This document shows, piece after piece, positions 26,644-39,070 of a stretch of DNA of 64,000 nucleotides. This stretch comes from Saccostrea cucullata. Taxonomy: Eukaryota. The notes beneath the pieces are model-generated. The model saw only the letters and a program-made list of their open reading frames with translations, was not told where the DNA came from and made no database searches. Made by a program: the position numbers and the translations under genes. Location: assembly GCF_032062105.1 (NCBI RefSeq), contig NW_026935559.1, forward strand, positions 558,001 through 622,000. The letters run 5' to 3'. How positions within the stretch are numbered: position 1 is the stretch's first letter; each line of letters starts with the position of its first letter.

Positions 26644-29205
26644 ATGAAAAGCGGATTAAAATTATGTGAGGGCAGTATGAGGCTATTGATACCATTTGAT
26701 AAACTGAAAGATTGTTGCAACGAAAATGTAAATTTACATCAGACGAAGTTTTTACTCTCCTCGCCTAAAGCAGACATTGATTTGATTAAAAGGTTCTTTT
26801 CATATCAGGTACTTGCTGGTGTCCTTTTGTACAAAAGCTTTTTACATCAAATACTCATTGAATACATATTGCATAATGGAATAAATGTTTCCCCATTGGT
26901 ATGGGAATTCATACGCAGAAGTTCCATATCACAAGAAAATAACACTACAGACGCTGATGATCAGGAAAAGAATGATAACGAGGCTAGGGGAGAAAGGTAC
27001 AAAGATCCTTTAGGGAAAATAATCAAAAGCCCTGTAATTATAAATTTTCATATCAGTAATACTTTAATAACTTTTAAAGCATCTTTAAAAGATATTAAAG
27101 TAACTGAAAACAAATTAAAAGAGAAACATTTAACACTGCAAATGTTATCCACTGTGAATAAAGAGAGAGATGCCTTTCATTGTAAGGAAAATAAATGGTA
27201 TAAGGAATTATTTCTGCGTGAAAGAATAAATCCCCCCATGCCATTTCTGATATTGCCAGGTACAATAAACCAAAGTTTTAATAAACTCTCCCAAGGAACA
27301 CCGCCTGATGATTTTGAAATAATGAAATTTGAATTTCACAGATTAAGCTCATTTAGCAACTTTACCTTTCCCGATGTACCTAGTTCTATAATTTTGGCCA
27401 AAGCAGGATGGTTTGCAACAGGAAGCGAAAAAGAAACAAACACTTTTTGTTGCCTCAAAGTATATAGTAGATGGAAAAGAAGCGATGATCCGCATTATAT
27501 TCACAAAATGTTATCACCTACTTGCTTCTTTATATTAGGGAAAGATATTGGACAGATTTCATTTCATGATAGGGCTTTGAATGACAACAATGAAGCATCT
27601 GTGGATAATTCAAGGAATAATGGTTACCTTCCTGGAAATCAGCATAGACATTATAGTAATACATCCCAAGAAATTTTATACCAGAGAACTAACGATGTGG
27701 AATCACTGACGGATGAAATTGGCCAATCTTACACAAATCCAAAGGTTTTCAAAGAAGAATTAAGCGAGTGTGACAACGAATCGTTTGCCCAAGAAAGCGA
27801 AAATCCTGAAATACATTCTACAAACAATGTATCGCATTTGAATTGGAGCCTATCAGATGCAGTATATCCAAACCAATCAGAAATTGAAGCGAGGATAGAA
27901 AGCTTTTCAATGATTAATAAGTCTCATTATGCATTAAAAATTGGACCGGGCTCAGAAAATTTTGTTATTGCGAATAAAACCGCGGAGGAATTTGCTAGAG
28001 CTGGTTTATTTTACCGTGGATTCCGCGACAGAACTTCTTGTTTTTACTGCGGGATAGGTCTTCAAAATTGGACCTCCCTCGACAATATCATACTGAGACA
28101 CTACCAATCAAGTGGAAATTGTCCTATAGCTCAGGCATCAATACATGAAATAGATGCTGATAGAAATACATCATCAAGTAAGTCAATTTAAGTGTAAAAA
28201 CCATATAAAAATTGCAATAGATTACATGTATACACCTTCAAAACAAAAATTCCGCCGAAATATGACTGAAAAATTGCCGACTCGACGTTAAAAAATATAC
28301 AATCAATCAATCAAAACACAAAAAAAAATTTATATAAGTACCTGGAATTTGCAGGACAGGCATCCAGAATCCTCTTTAAGTGATCTATAATTTTTTTAAG
28401 GTGAGAATAGCGTTGCGGCTTCTCCGAATCAGAGCAGAGGGTATCCTCCAGATATGGAGGGAATTTGTGCTGAACTAGATGAAATGGGATTTGATGAGGA
28501 GTTAATCAAAGCGGCCATTGAAAGTTTAGGGCATCGGGGAAGTGAGTAGAAATGAAAAAGAGATATGTTTAATACAATAAATATATCTTTAAACATAATG
28601 TTATGATCAATTACACTTTAAATTATATTTACAGATAACAATATACTCAGTATATTATTGATACTTAATGGTGATTGTTCAAAAATTGTGTGTACTTTTA
28701 AAAAGTCTGACAAGTTTTCGTATTTGAAAAATAAATAACAAGATATATATTTTTAAATTCATGATCAGTTACCATAAGCCTAATAATTATACTTTCAGTG
28801 ACATGCACCAAAGAGAGAATTGTGAATGAAATTCTAGACAATAGAGCATCCTTGCATTCTGGATCGTCGATTTCTGGGAGTGCCGAATATAATTCATCAG
28901 AATATCAAGAATCAATAGAACCCTTGGAAAATCCGCGCATAGAAACGGCTTCCGGTGAAAATGCCGAAAAACCAACAGCGCCTGGTGAAAAGATTGATAC
29001 GACAGCATCTACTTCAAACCTGAGAGAACAGTCTGATGATGAACTGCGCAGGCGCGTCACGTGTAAGGTCTGTTTGTCGGAGGAAGTAGGGGTTCTTTTT
29101 CTACCCTGTAGTCATTTGGTATCTTGTGTCAGTTGTTCTCGGAGGTTAAAGAAGTGCCCCTTATGTCGAAAACATATTCAAACAAAACAACCCATGTTCT
29201 GGTAA
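26644..29205 (+). CDS. IAP/BIRC gene 3, at least 693 aa (exons 26535/26644-28177, 28401-28541, 28799-29205): orphan N-terminus, BIR1 (Cys->Thr), BIR2 with insertion, UBA, RING
   Basis: RLSSF..AGWFATG..TFCC-x16-H-x6-C; AGLFYRG..CFYC-x16-H-x6-C; UBA LDEMGFDEELIKAAI; RING CKVC..PCSH..CVSC..CPLCR; phase-1 GT-AG junctions. Start is uncertain: acceptor at 26534, first in-frame ATG at 26644. Confidence 0.88.
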
Positions 29206-29648
29206 AGTTAGAAATATTCCCTGTTATGGTCTTCAAAAAGAGCAAGATTGTACATATACGTGGTTATTACAGATCAGATTTATGTAAAAATGTGTTTTGT
29301 GTGTCTATGTTCCTGTTCAAAAAAGAACGTTATATTAATATTTTAATTTTTTTGACATTTTGAAGCGTTTGTGTCTTTTTAAAATCATGCACATGTACAC
29401 ACCATGTTTATTTTATCAAAATGTAGAATATGCGTTTTATGAATTTTTATTTTCTTCACTTTGATTCATGAATGATACATTAACAAATAGATGTATGTGA
29501 AATTAAGTATAAAATTAAGTAAAATTATAGCAATTGCTCTTATAAGAACGGTTGTTCTTATTATGATGCCCCCAAAGGAATTATTTATCGTCTTAACAAT
29601 CAACTGAACAATGTTACCAGATCATTATTTAATACAACAAAACATTTT

Positions 29649-32442
29649 CTAATATCGGCATTTACATGGCTTGCCCTGTAATGAAAAAAAAAAAATTCTC
29701 TTTAGTATCCTTGCATTCAAAAGACATAAATCGTGATCTAAACGTAGAGCTGAAGTAGAAACATACCGCCTTCAATTCACAAATGTAGTAGTGTTCCTTC
29801 ATACAGTTTTCTACGTGCCAGTGGTATCTATACGTGTGCCACATTATACCACAGTGGTAGTCCTTGTGTTGGTGGAATTCCGGCTCGTCTCCAAACCAGT
29901 CAAACTTGTGACACAGCGTGGTGCTGAACCCCCACCTCCAGCTGTGTTTTTCTATGTCAGATAACTCATTAAGTCCTATCCAAGCCCCCTGGTCAACTGA
30001 ATATGAATACAAACATGTTTTATTTCATGTCAAGCGTGATACATTTTCGACTGATTAAAAAGAATAAAATTCAATGTTATCAATTTAAAAAAATATCTTA
30101 AATCTGCATATGGCTTTTGCTTTATATTTGGACATATGTTGTCCCTTGCTATGCACGACTGATTAACGTATAAAAACTAACTTAAAGAATCTATTACATA
30201 AAGAGAATGTCTATATGTTAAAAGCGTACACAAACATTGAGCTAATAATATTTTCCAGCAGATAATTTGAACAATGGTGAACTTATTTTTTTTTAATACA
30301 TGTTGATTATTAAAATCTGGTTTTATATTCTATAAAATTATATAAAATACTTGAATATTTTTCAAACTAACTTTCATTGGATATAAGAAAATTTCTGAGG
30401 TAAGTATTCTCATGGGCAGTGTTTATGACCGCCAAGTAGCCGCCCATCGACGCACAAGTCATCTGCAAGAAAAACACCAAAATCCAAAACTTATCTTCAG
30501 GTGTTCAGACCATTATTCTGTTACATGCATAGAATGTAATTGTACATTTTTTCAAGAACTATTAGACACAAATTTTGTTTGTTTGTTTGCATTTTTAACG
30601 TAAATATTCAAAGCGAAAATTTGATATACTTTAATTAGTGGGAAGATTTTTGCAAATATTCATTATGATAATGTGTAGTATTGATTTTCATCTCGTTGTT
30701 ATTTACTTTTTGAAAAATATTTCAACACATAAAAACACTATATTCTAGAGACATCTAAACTTACCGTAGCTTTATACCAGCTAAGTTCGTCTCTGCTAAA
30801 GTAATAACAGCTATCGTCATACTTTAACCAAGCATAGGGACAGCTATTATTTTCAAGGTGTGGCTCTACTGTATTCAGTCTGAATGTTTTAGGCTGTTTC
30901 GGGGGTGGAGGAGGAGTTTTTAGTCCGCTGATATCTATTCCAGCTTTGTAAGATCCAAGGTGGTATCCTTTCTTGTTGTATCCCTTAACATGTGATGGTC
31001 GGTACTTTTTAAGATAAGTCTTGTAGTATGATTGGTAGTTTCCTTTAGAATAGGATCCGTCAAGATAATGCAAATAAATTTTTGGATAGTATTTTTGTAG
31101 GTATGTCCAGTACGCCTGACTATACCCACCTCTGTAGTTTCCTGTGTGGTACAAAATGTTTGTCCCAGAACCTCGAGCCCTATAAGAATTTTTCGATTTT
31201 TTGTATTTTTGTTTCTTAGAGTAACCTCTTTTCATGTTTCGTTTGCCTTTCTTTCGATAATATGAAACCTTGTAATATTTAGTTTTTCGATATCTTCGAA
31301 ACGGTCTGCGATAACGTCGTCTTCTTACACGGCGATAAGTTGAACGGTACTTCCGTCGAATGTAATATCGACGGCCAAGAAACGCATTCCTATATGAACG
31401 TTTTACAATATGGTGCGAACTTGTAGCACTCGTCAAATTATTATGGGATTGTCTTTGTGGTATGAAAACTGGATTCTTTAGTAGAGATCTCAGTCCATAC
31501 CCAACTACAGCTGCAGATTTTATTTTTTGTGCCTTAAATGTTGGACTTATAGATATAAACAGTGGATATCCTTTTAAAGAACCAGAAAGAAGCAGACTTC
31601 GAGGATGGACCTGTTGAGTCGAGCTAGGCAATGCACCATATACCCTTCCTTTTGAAGACAAATTCTTTATCAATTTCCACAAAGACTTTTGAGATAAAGT
31701 TGGAGTAAATTTCACAGAAGGATAAGAATTTGAGTTTTCATTTGTGTTTATTTGTTTCAGTTTATGTAATGGCTTAGCTATTGGCTCACGGTGCAGAACC
31801 CAGCGATACCCAGAGTGTGTACCTAGGTTATAGCGCTTCGCCCGCTTTTTACCAGTTGTTACTTGTGCCTCATCCATTTGATTCATGATTTTTCGAGCAT
31901 TAAGTTTATCCATGATATCATTCATCTGAGGCAGGGGTTCCCCAGGGTTTGAATCATTAATAGTTGTTGGTTCTGGTGTGGTATTAGGGTCAAAAGGTTT
32001 CGTTACCGTTTCGTCCCACGAGTAAGATTCATTTGGTTTAGCTGTTGTTTCCCACGAGTAAGATTCAGTTGGTTTTACCGTTGTTTCCAACGAGTACAAA
32101 TCAGTTGATTTTGTTCCAATTTTTTCTAATCTTTGCTTTTGTCTTTCTTTTTGGGTTTCCTCTGTTTTTTCTAATTCACTTTCGACACGAGGATCATTTG
32201 GATAACTATTATCTTGATCATCACTCCCGGTTAAACCATATGTTGTGAAAGCTAGGAAAAAACGTTTTTATTGACTCTAGTTTTTGATAACGTACTAGAC
32301 AAATAAATTTTCATGATGAAGACTATATCAGCTAATATTTAGTTTCCATTATCTTTTTAATAACCACAAAAAAGATTGAAAACTTACCCCATACATAGAG
32401 AAGTAAAACGAGTGTTAGTTCAACAATGGATACTGATGTCAT
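29649..32442 (-). CDS. Secreted 629-aa protein: signal peptide, acidic/Thr-rich repeats, Arg/Lys/Tyr-rich domain and C-terminal C-type lectin domain (exons 32442-32388, 32251-30765, 30462-30372, 29996-29767, 29675-29649)
   Basis: MTSVSIVELTLVLLLYVWA signal peptide; CTLD CPYAWLKYDDSCYYFS..WYKAT|MTCASMGGYLAVINTAHEN..|AWIGL..EPEF..HCG..WHVENC..YICE; terminal exon GKPCKCRY*. All junctions are GT-AG and in phase. Confidence 0.9.
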
Positions 32443-33319
32443 TATTTCTTTTCAGGATAGTCATTCAATGCATGTCACTAATTAATCCTAATTGAGAAGC
32501 AAAAGAGTAAGGTGCTATGCAAATCGATCTCTATTTTTCTACCTCTAGGAAAGAAAGTATTGACCTGAAGCATACTTGCATTGGATAAGTACATTGAAGC
32601 GAAATCCTATTTCTTGTTAGTTCAAAGCGTAAATAATACGGCATACATATAATCATATTTGTCGTGCATATAGAGTAGAAATATCAAGCAAGTTAAACGT
32701 TAAATAACATCGACTTTATTATATGGAAATTTGTCATATACTTGTTTACTTTTCGTTGCAAATTATTTTTTATCGTTTATTCTTCCCAATAAACACTGAA
32801 TTGAAACAAGTTATGATATTTGAAAAGTTAGGAGATTATATATTGTTGTCACTCAGTGGATGTTAAAGAAGAAAAAAAGTTTCAACATAAAAGCAGAAAA
32901 AAAATTGTTAACAAGCATTGTGAGAGTTTTGCATTAGCAATACTAGTTGCCTACTGGTAAGTGTTATCTGGTTCCTATTGAAACAATTTAAAAGGCGTAT
33001 TTCCCTAAAATAATCATTAAAGCAAAGCAAATTTGAAGTTGGATCTTTCAACTCCTCAACATATATTTACATACCAAAACAGACGGACAGACGCAGAGGA
33101 AACCTATATAATCAGAGTATAACTATATCAAGGAAATCCTTTTCCTTTACATGGAATATGTTATTGTTAAGCAAAGATTCCTTGATGTTATAGTCAAGAA
33201 ATCCTTCATAGTATTCAACATTTCAAAACCTATGACATGCATTTATTGCTTTAGACTGTCTATCTCAAACTTACTTTCATGAATACTATATTGATTCTAC
33301 AATCAAGTACCACAAGGAC

Positions 33320-33640
33320 GATATTGAATGTGAAACCAACAATTACCAATCTTGTAAACCCAGTAAAGAATACAATACGTACAAGCAGGGTGAAGAGCCA
33401 GACTTGACCCTAGGAATATTCTGTGTTGTCGGATCATGTGCCTTTGAGGAGTAAGAATCCTTTGTCGTCCGAGAACATCGCCCGCATGCCTTTTGTATTG
33501 ATTAGGTAAACAGAGAAATACATAATTAAAATTGGCGTAAGACATTGCACTATCAATTGGTATGAAACAAAATACGACCAAACTAAATTTTGTAACTTCA
33601 AACATTTCAACATTATATTGACCGTCATGTTTGCAAATTG
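33320..33640 (-). mobile_element. Degenerate Penelope-like 3' fragment
   Basis: GGATCATGTGCCTTTGAGGAGTAAGAATCC matches the element tail. Confidence 0.6.
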
Positions 33641-34235
33641 CTGACTTCAAAGAAATTTGCTGAAAGCTAAAAAACATAAACTTATTTCTCAGTAGCCTGT
33701 GTCTTGTAAAAAAAATGATTGATTGATTAATATTGATCAACGCCGAGTCGGCAATATTTCAGCCATGTTCAGCAGTACAAAAATCGATCTTACTCAGATT
33801 AAAGAATGAATCGTACTCAGAACATGTGTTTGATTAGGTATGTGACATAAACTCTATATGCAGATAAATATCACAGTGAAAAATTCACCGTTTTTAAAAA
33901 ACAAACTTTATTTTAGACTTTACTTTTGATTTCGTATTTTTTGCTAGATTTTATTTCTCACGATATGTTTCATGAATCTAATTGTTTAATTGACCAGTGA
34001 CACTTTTTTGAACTCTTGATATGTTATAATTACAGAGAGACAGAGTGCTTTGTCTCATGCTAATCTCTTATAAGAACATTGTGTAATTATCTGTTTTTCA
34101 TGTCCAAACATCACAGAGTCATTTAGTATATCTAATAACTCCATACCTGTGAAACTTTCACTCATTTTACTTCATGCCAACACCTGTCATTTATTTACTC
34201 ATTATGTACATTCTTATAAATAGTCATGTATAACA

Positions 34236-34569
34236 TGTATAATACCAATCTTTAGTCTGGAATAAACGGAGGCCAGCCTTGGCCACGTCCGACTCGTTAG
34301 GACTCTGAGTCCGGGGCCACTTCGGCTATATCCGACTCGATCATTTTAATATGTCTGTTTGTTGATTTATATAAACTGTTGCCATCGTTGAGACTCATCT
34401 AATAAATACGGAATCCTTCATCATTTGTTTTATCTCTGGAATTGTATATTGGTGGACCTTTGGGATACGGCACCCCTTATACCTTGTTTTTACCTTACGG
34501 CCACACAGCGCCTTTACCTTATACTTCGTACCCTCTACGCCAACATTCCCTCACCCCGTTCGTTTTGCA
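34236..34569. mobile_element. Possible solo LTR (334 bp)
   Basis: TG...CA ends flanked by AACA on both sides; internal TATATAAA and AATAAA; GC-richer than the flanks. No internal coding sequence to confirm it. Confidence 0.4.
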
Positions 34570-34944
34570 AACAACGGATGTAGTTCCAGACGAAATCTTA
34601 GTACCGTCCAAATCTACACGGTCACATAAAACTGAACTATTAAATACAGAAATAATACAGAAATGTGACAGAAAAGCTGACTATCATGTTCGCCGTATGA
34701 AATTATTCTCCAAAGTTCTATGACACAAATTATTTTGTGAAGATGAGTCTCTGAAAATATCAGAGGTGGGATCAAATCCCAAGAGTTTTCTTCGGAACTA
34801 TATTTTGTCTGCTGAATGATTTTAAACAAGAAATCCTTATTTCAATTCCATAATTCCTTTTAAACTTCTCATAAATTAAGTTATACCGTTTTCCACAAAT
34901 ATATTTCCAGACAAACAGTTAAAACTTGAAACGAAATATTTGGA

Positions 34945-35635
34945 TATAACGAATAGAATTCTAGCCCAAAAGTCCAATAAACAATACAAAATTTGAGCAA
35001 AGCAAACACAGCCCAAGTCGGATCAAATTCCATGGAGGAGTGAGCATCCCATTAATACCGGTCACAGCCGCCTTGTGCTCCTTGTCATGATCGGGAAATA
35101 ACGGAAAAATCCGTCGACTCGACAATTCCGTGTGTATACGGCCTAACAAGTATGAAAAACGTCAATCAGTATTTGAATCAGTGATAAATTGTATTTGCCG
35201 ACAAGGTCATTGTAACGACCATAGAACTTACGAAAATGATGACTTTAAACGAGACTGCTGATATTCTTGTTTCATTAACTTGCTTGTCAATAATTTACCT
35301 CTTTTTAGAAATTGTTCATACGTAGTACATGAATTTATGAAATTGTCCACATGTACACTTGTAGAGCATGCTCTTGCGTATCAAAGCAACTGAGAGAACC
35401 TGTATGCAAGTGATGAAGGTATACCTGGTATAACTGCATTAGTCAAATATCTAAATATGAAACAGATGTGTCAGACTCTGTAGTATCTTTTATTTCAATC
35501 TCATCGGGATAAATCGAATCGACAAAAGAATTGACATAACCATTGTAAATTGACAGTGCGTCGTCGATATATCTAAATGTCGAGTGTGAAGGCCACAGCA
35601 AGAGTTTTCGCGTATAACATTGTAAACAAAATCTG
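34945..35635 (-). mobile_element. 5'-truncated Penelope-like element copy
   Basis: Minus-strand RYIDDAL (~35555-35575), RT end and conserved tail. Confidence 0.85.
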
Positions 35636-37052
35636 TTACAGTTGAATGGAAAATTATGTCATAGAATGGGAAATTTACCTATATTTTTGTCATAATATCT
35701 TGAAATATAAATTCATTTTTTTTTTTATCAAAACTGCATTTATGTCGTTTACTTTATAAAAGAAAAAAAATTATGCCTGTTTTTTGTGATAGATATGCAA
35801 AATAGTGATAGAGACAGTGATAATATTCATGCAAATATTTTAGATAAGGCATTACCCCTTCACTAAATTAAGAGAAGATTTAAAAAAGATTTTTGATACA
35901 TTGATTTCGTAATACATTTTCTTATTTAAACGTCACAATTTTACATCTTTTTTAAAAATTAATTTAGAAAATTATTTACATAAAAAACATAATATCATGT
36001 TTATAATATTTTTGTAACAACAGAGGTTTAAATGAATATTACAAACATTTTAAAAGTGCAAATCGGCCAAGTTTAACTTGCATTTACTAAAGCAACCAGC
36101 CATTATCCCAGTTACTTCTTACAACAGTTTTAATTTTTTCTTGTCAAAGTATTAAAACATGCTCATGAAGACCTGACTTAACAATATATTTAGTTGCGTA
36201 CCTCCTTGATTTTCCGTATTAAGGTGAGGTTTTTTTCAACATAAAATCCTAATCAAATTTACATTTTAACTTCTGTGTGTAAATTGTAAAACATACAATT
36301 TTCATTATTTATGATTAAGCATTTGTTTCGTCATAAAAACCTAAAAGTTCTTAGTACATATATCCATATTAGTATGATACGCAGAGAAGAACATAACATT
36401 TTGAAAATTTCAGCAAACAATAATTCTCGAAAACCTCATTCAATCGAACTATGCATATTTTTATGAAAAAGTAAAAATACACATATTTTAACATTTTTTT
36501 CCGATTTGATTTTTATAGCTTTATTTTAAAAAAAAATGAAATGTTATAATGGTTTTGAAAGTGTTCATTAAAATCTGTCAATTTGAAACAAAAAGATATC
36601 ATTGTGATTGATTCTTTTTTAAGATTACACTTATTAGGTATGTTTTGGCCAAAGTGATTTGACTGTTGGGAAAAATGTTTAGTTATGAATAATATAAGAA
36701 TCATTATAGCATTATTTATTTCGATAATGTTTATAAAACTTACAAAGTTTTACAAAATGAAATATTTTAAGGACTATCTGAAGTTTTTAGATTATGCAGT
36801 TTAAATGCTTAATGTACCTCAAAAGCACCAAATTACATAGAATTATGTTGAATTAGCATTTTTGAAAGTCATGACAAATTCTACCCGGCCGATATCAAGT
36901 TTATTCTCAAGAGTCTTGTGATTCCATACGTGACTTGATGTATTATCAGACTGCAGCTATGGGTGGCAATTTTAGCCGCGATGACTCGCCCCTTTTGTTC
37001 GGAAGTCACGATTGATGAGCAACGGCCTTGTGAACAGGGGGGGTCCTCGGGG

Positions 37053-37175
37053 TATATAAAGAGCCTCCAGGCTTTTAATTTTACATCAAACCTAAGGTTA
37101 CCTCTGAGCTGGACTTAGAGGAATCGGATTCCAGGTCTAGTTATTTGCTGTTTGTCGCGGAAGATATTGAGGAAG
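37053..37175 (+). promoter_or_regulatory. TATA box and non-coding first exon of orphan secreted gene A, ending in a GC-AG donor
   Basis: TATATAAA at 37053-37060 in a GC-rich context; AAG|GCAAGT at 37175/37176; the next acceptor at 37552 directly precedes the ATG. Confidence 0.65.
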
Positions 37176-37552
37176 GCAAGTTATTCTATTTATTTATATT
37201 GATAGCAAATTTTGCAAACAAAACCTTTGGCATCGCTTTTTAAAATACTAAAGAAATTAGTTTTAAAAATGGAAATATCTGTTTGTGTTGAATTCTAAAT
37301 AATTTTAACAGTCAAAATCTTCTTTCTGAATGATAAAATGCGATGATAAGTAGTGAAGTTTTGAAATGAAGTTAAAGTACAAATTAAAAAGATGCAAAGT
37401 TTATACAAAAATTATGCAATCCAAGCATCCCCTGTCACAAATTACAAAAAATACAAAATGTAAACAGAAAAAAAATCAAAGATACTACTTGTACATGAAC
37501 ATTACATGTTAACTTAACCTGTAAAATAAATTTCCCTTTTTTTGCCTTTAAG

Positions 37553-38583
37553 ATGCGTTGCCTGGTCATCTATGCTGCATTAGCTATATTTGCTGGTCAA
37601 ATATTTGCTCAGGTTACCGAGCCAGTACCCAGGAATGGTAAATTGGTTTCCTTTTTAAAAAATGAAATATTAGATAAAGTGGCTAAAACTGAAATTCACT
37701 TTCCCTAGATCTTTTCAACTTTCTTACGACTAAGATAAATTTTGACAACTCTTTATATACAAAATTTCTCTAAAAGATCATCACAATACCGGTATATCAT
37801 AATATTTTAATGCAATATTTTTTTACTGTAACATGCACCTTCCAAAACTTAGATTTTAAAAAAATCTAAATTTATATACATACTCTAACTGTAAAACAGT
37901 CAATAATATTTTCATATTAATTATATAGCTCTATTTACACATGTATAAAAAAAATTTCATTTACTCTCTCAGGAACTGAAAGGCCTCCAATAGAAGAAAA
38001 GACCGTGGCTCCAGGGGGTGAAAATATTACGGGAATTCCAACAGAAGGTGACAAAACGCCACCAGCTCTCCCTGGCGTTGATCCATCCCCCGAACCCGAC
38101 CACGACGGAGAAGAAACCGGAAAAGGAAAAATCTGGAAGAATCGCATCGCCAAGTGGAAGAAAATGCGATTGAACAAGAAAGGTCCAGCACAAGAGAAAC
38201 CAGAAATCAAAGATGATGAAGAGCCCGGACAAGAAACACGGGATAAGGCAAAAGGACCAAGACCTAATGGGAAAACTGGTAATTATTTCTTACTCATTTG
38301 TATCTAGAGAACAGCAATTAAATATATTTTTACCATTCATTTACGTTTCCAGTTGCTAAAATACAAGTACATGTAGTTTATTCATCACAAGAACTAAAAA
38401 ATGTTATGAATATCTTTTGTGTAGAAAAAAATAAAAATGAATTCACATAAAATTATATTTTATCTGAGTTATTAATTAGAATTCAACTTAAATGAAGAAA
38501 AAATAAATTACATCATTTCAGATAAGGAACGTCGACCAAAATTTGGAAAACGTAGAGAAAGGGGGATGAAGATCTTTCCATGA
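37553..38583 (+). CDS. Orphan secreted protein A, 150 aa (exons 37553-37637, 37973-38278, 38522-38583)
   Basis: Signal peptide MRCLVIYAALAIFAGQIFA; Pro/Gly/Glu-rich region; cationic core KIWKNRIAKWKKMRLNKK; tail DKERRPKFGKRRERGMKIFP*. Phase-1 GT-AG introns; AATAAA at 38778. Confidence 0.85.
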
Positions 38584-38844
38584 AGTCATTTATTAAGCAA
38601 AGAAATGCCAAAAAATGTTTTAAGTTTAATATTTCATTGAAAAATTGGAAATCAAAGGTGAAGCTATATCAAAAACATTTTTCGTAGAATCTTTTTATTT
38701 CATTTGATCATGTAAAAAATTATTAACATCGTTATCTTATGTTTTTGTTATTTTTTTTATTTGTTGAAATTTTTAAAAATAAAAGCATTTCTTCATTCTG
38801 ATAAACCTTTTATAGTTTGTTCATAAAACAAAAAGCTGTGTTTA

Positions 38845-39070
38845 ATACTGTGGAATAATTAAAAATCATGGGGGTCAGTGATCGTGGATTGCTTAAAATT
38901 AACAGGTTTGTGAAGACGTATTTTCATATACATGTATTCTCCTACACATACAAAATGAAATATGACTTCGTAATCATAATTAACGATTCATGGAGAATGT
39001 TAGTTCATGTATGACGGATGCCACAAATACCACAAAAATTGAGCCACTACGAAATCTAATGATTTCACAT
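38845..39070. mobile_element. Short MITE-like element (TACTGTGGA-type)
   Basis: TACTGTGGAATAATT..TCATGGGG ... CCACTACGAAATCTAATGATTTCAC imperfect inverted ends; a related copy lies at ~58100-58270. Confidence 0.5.
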
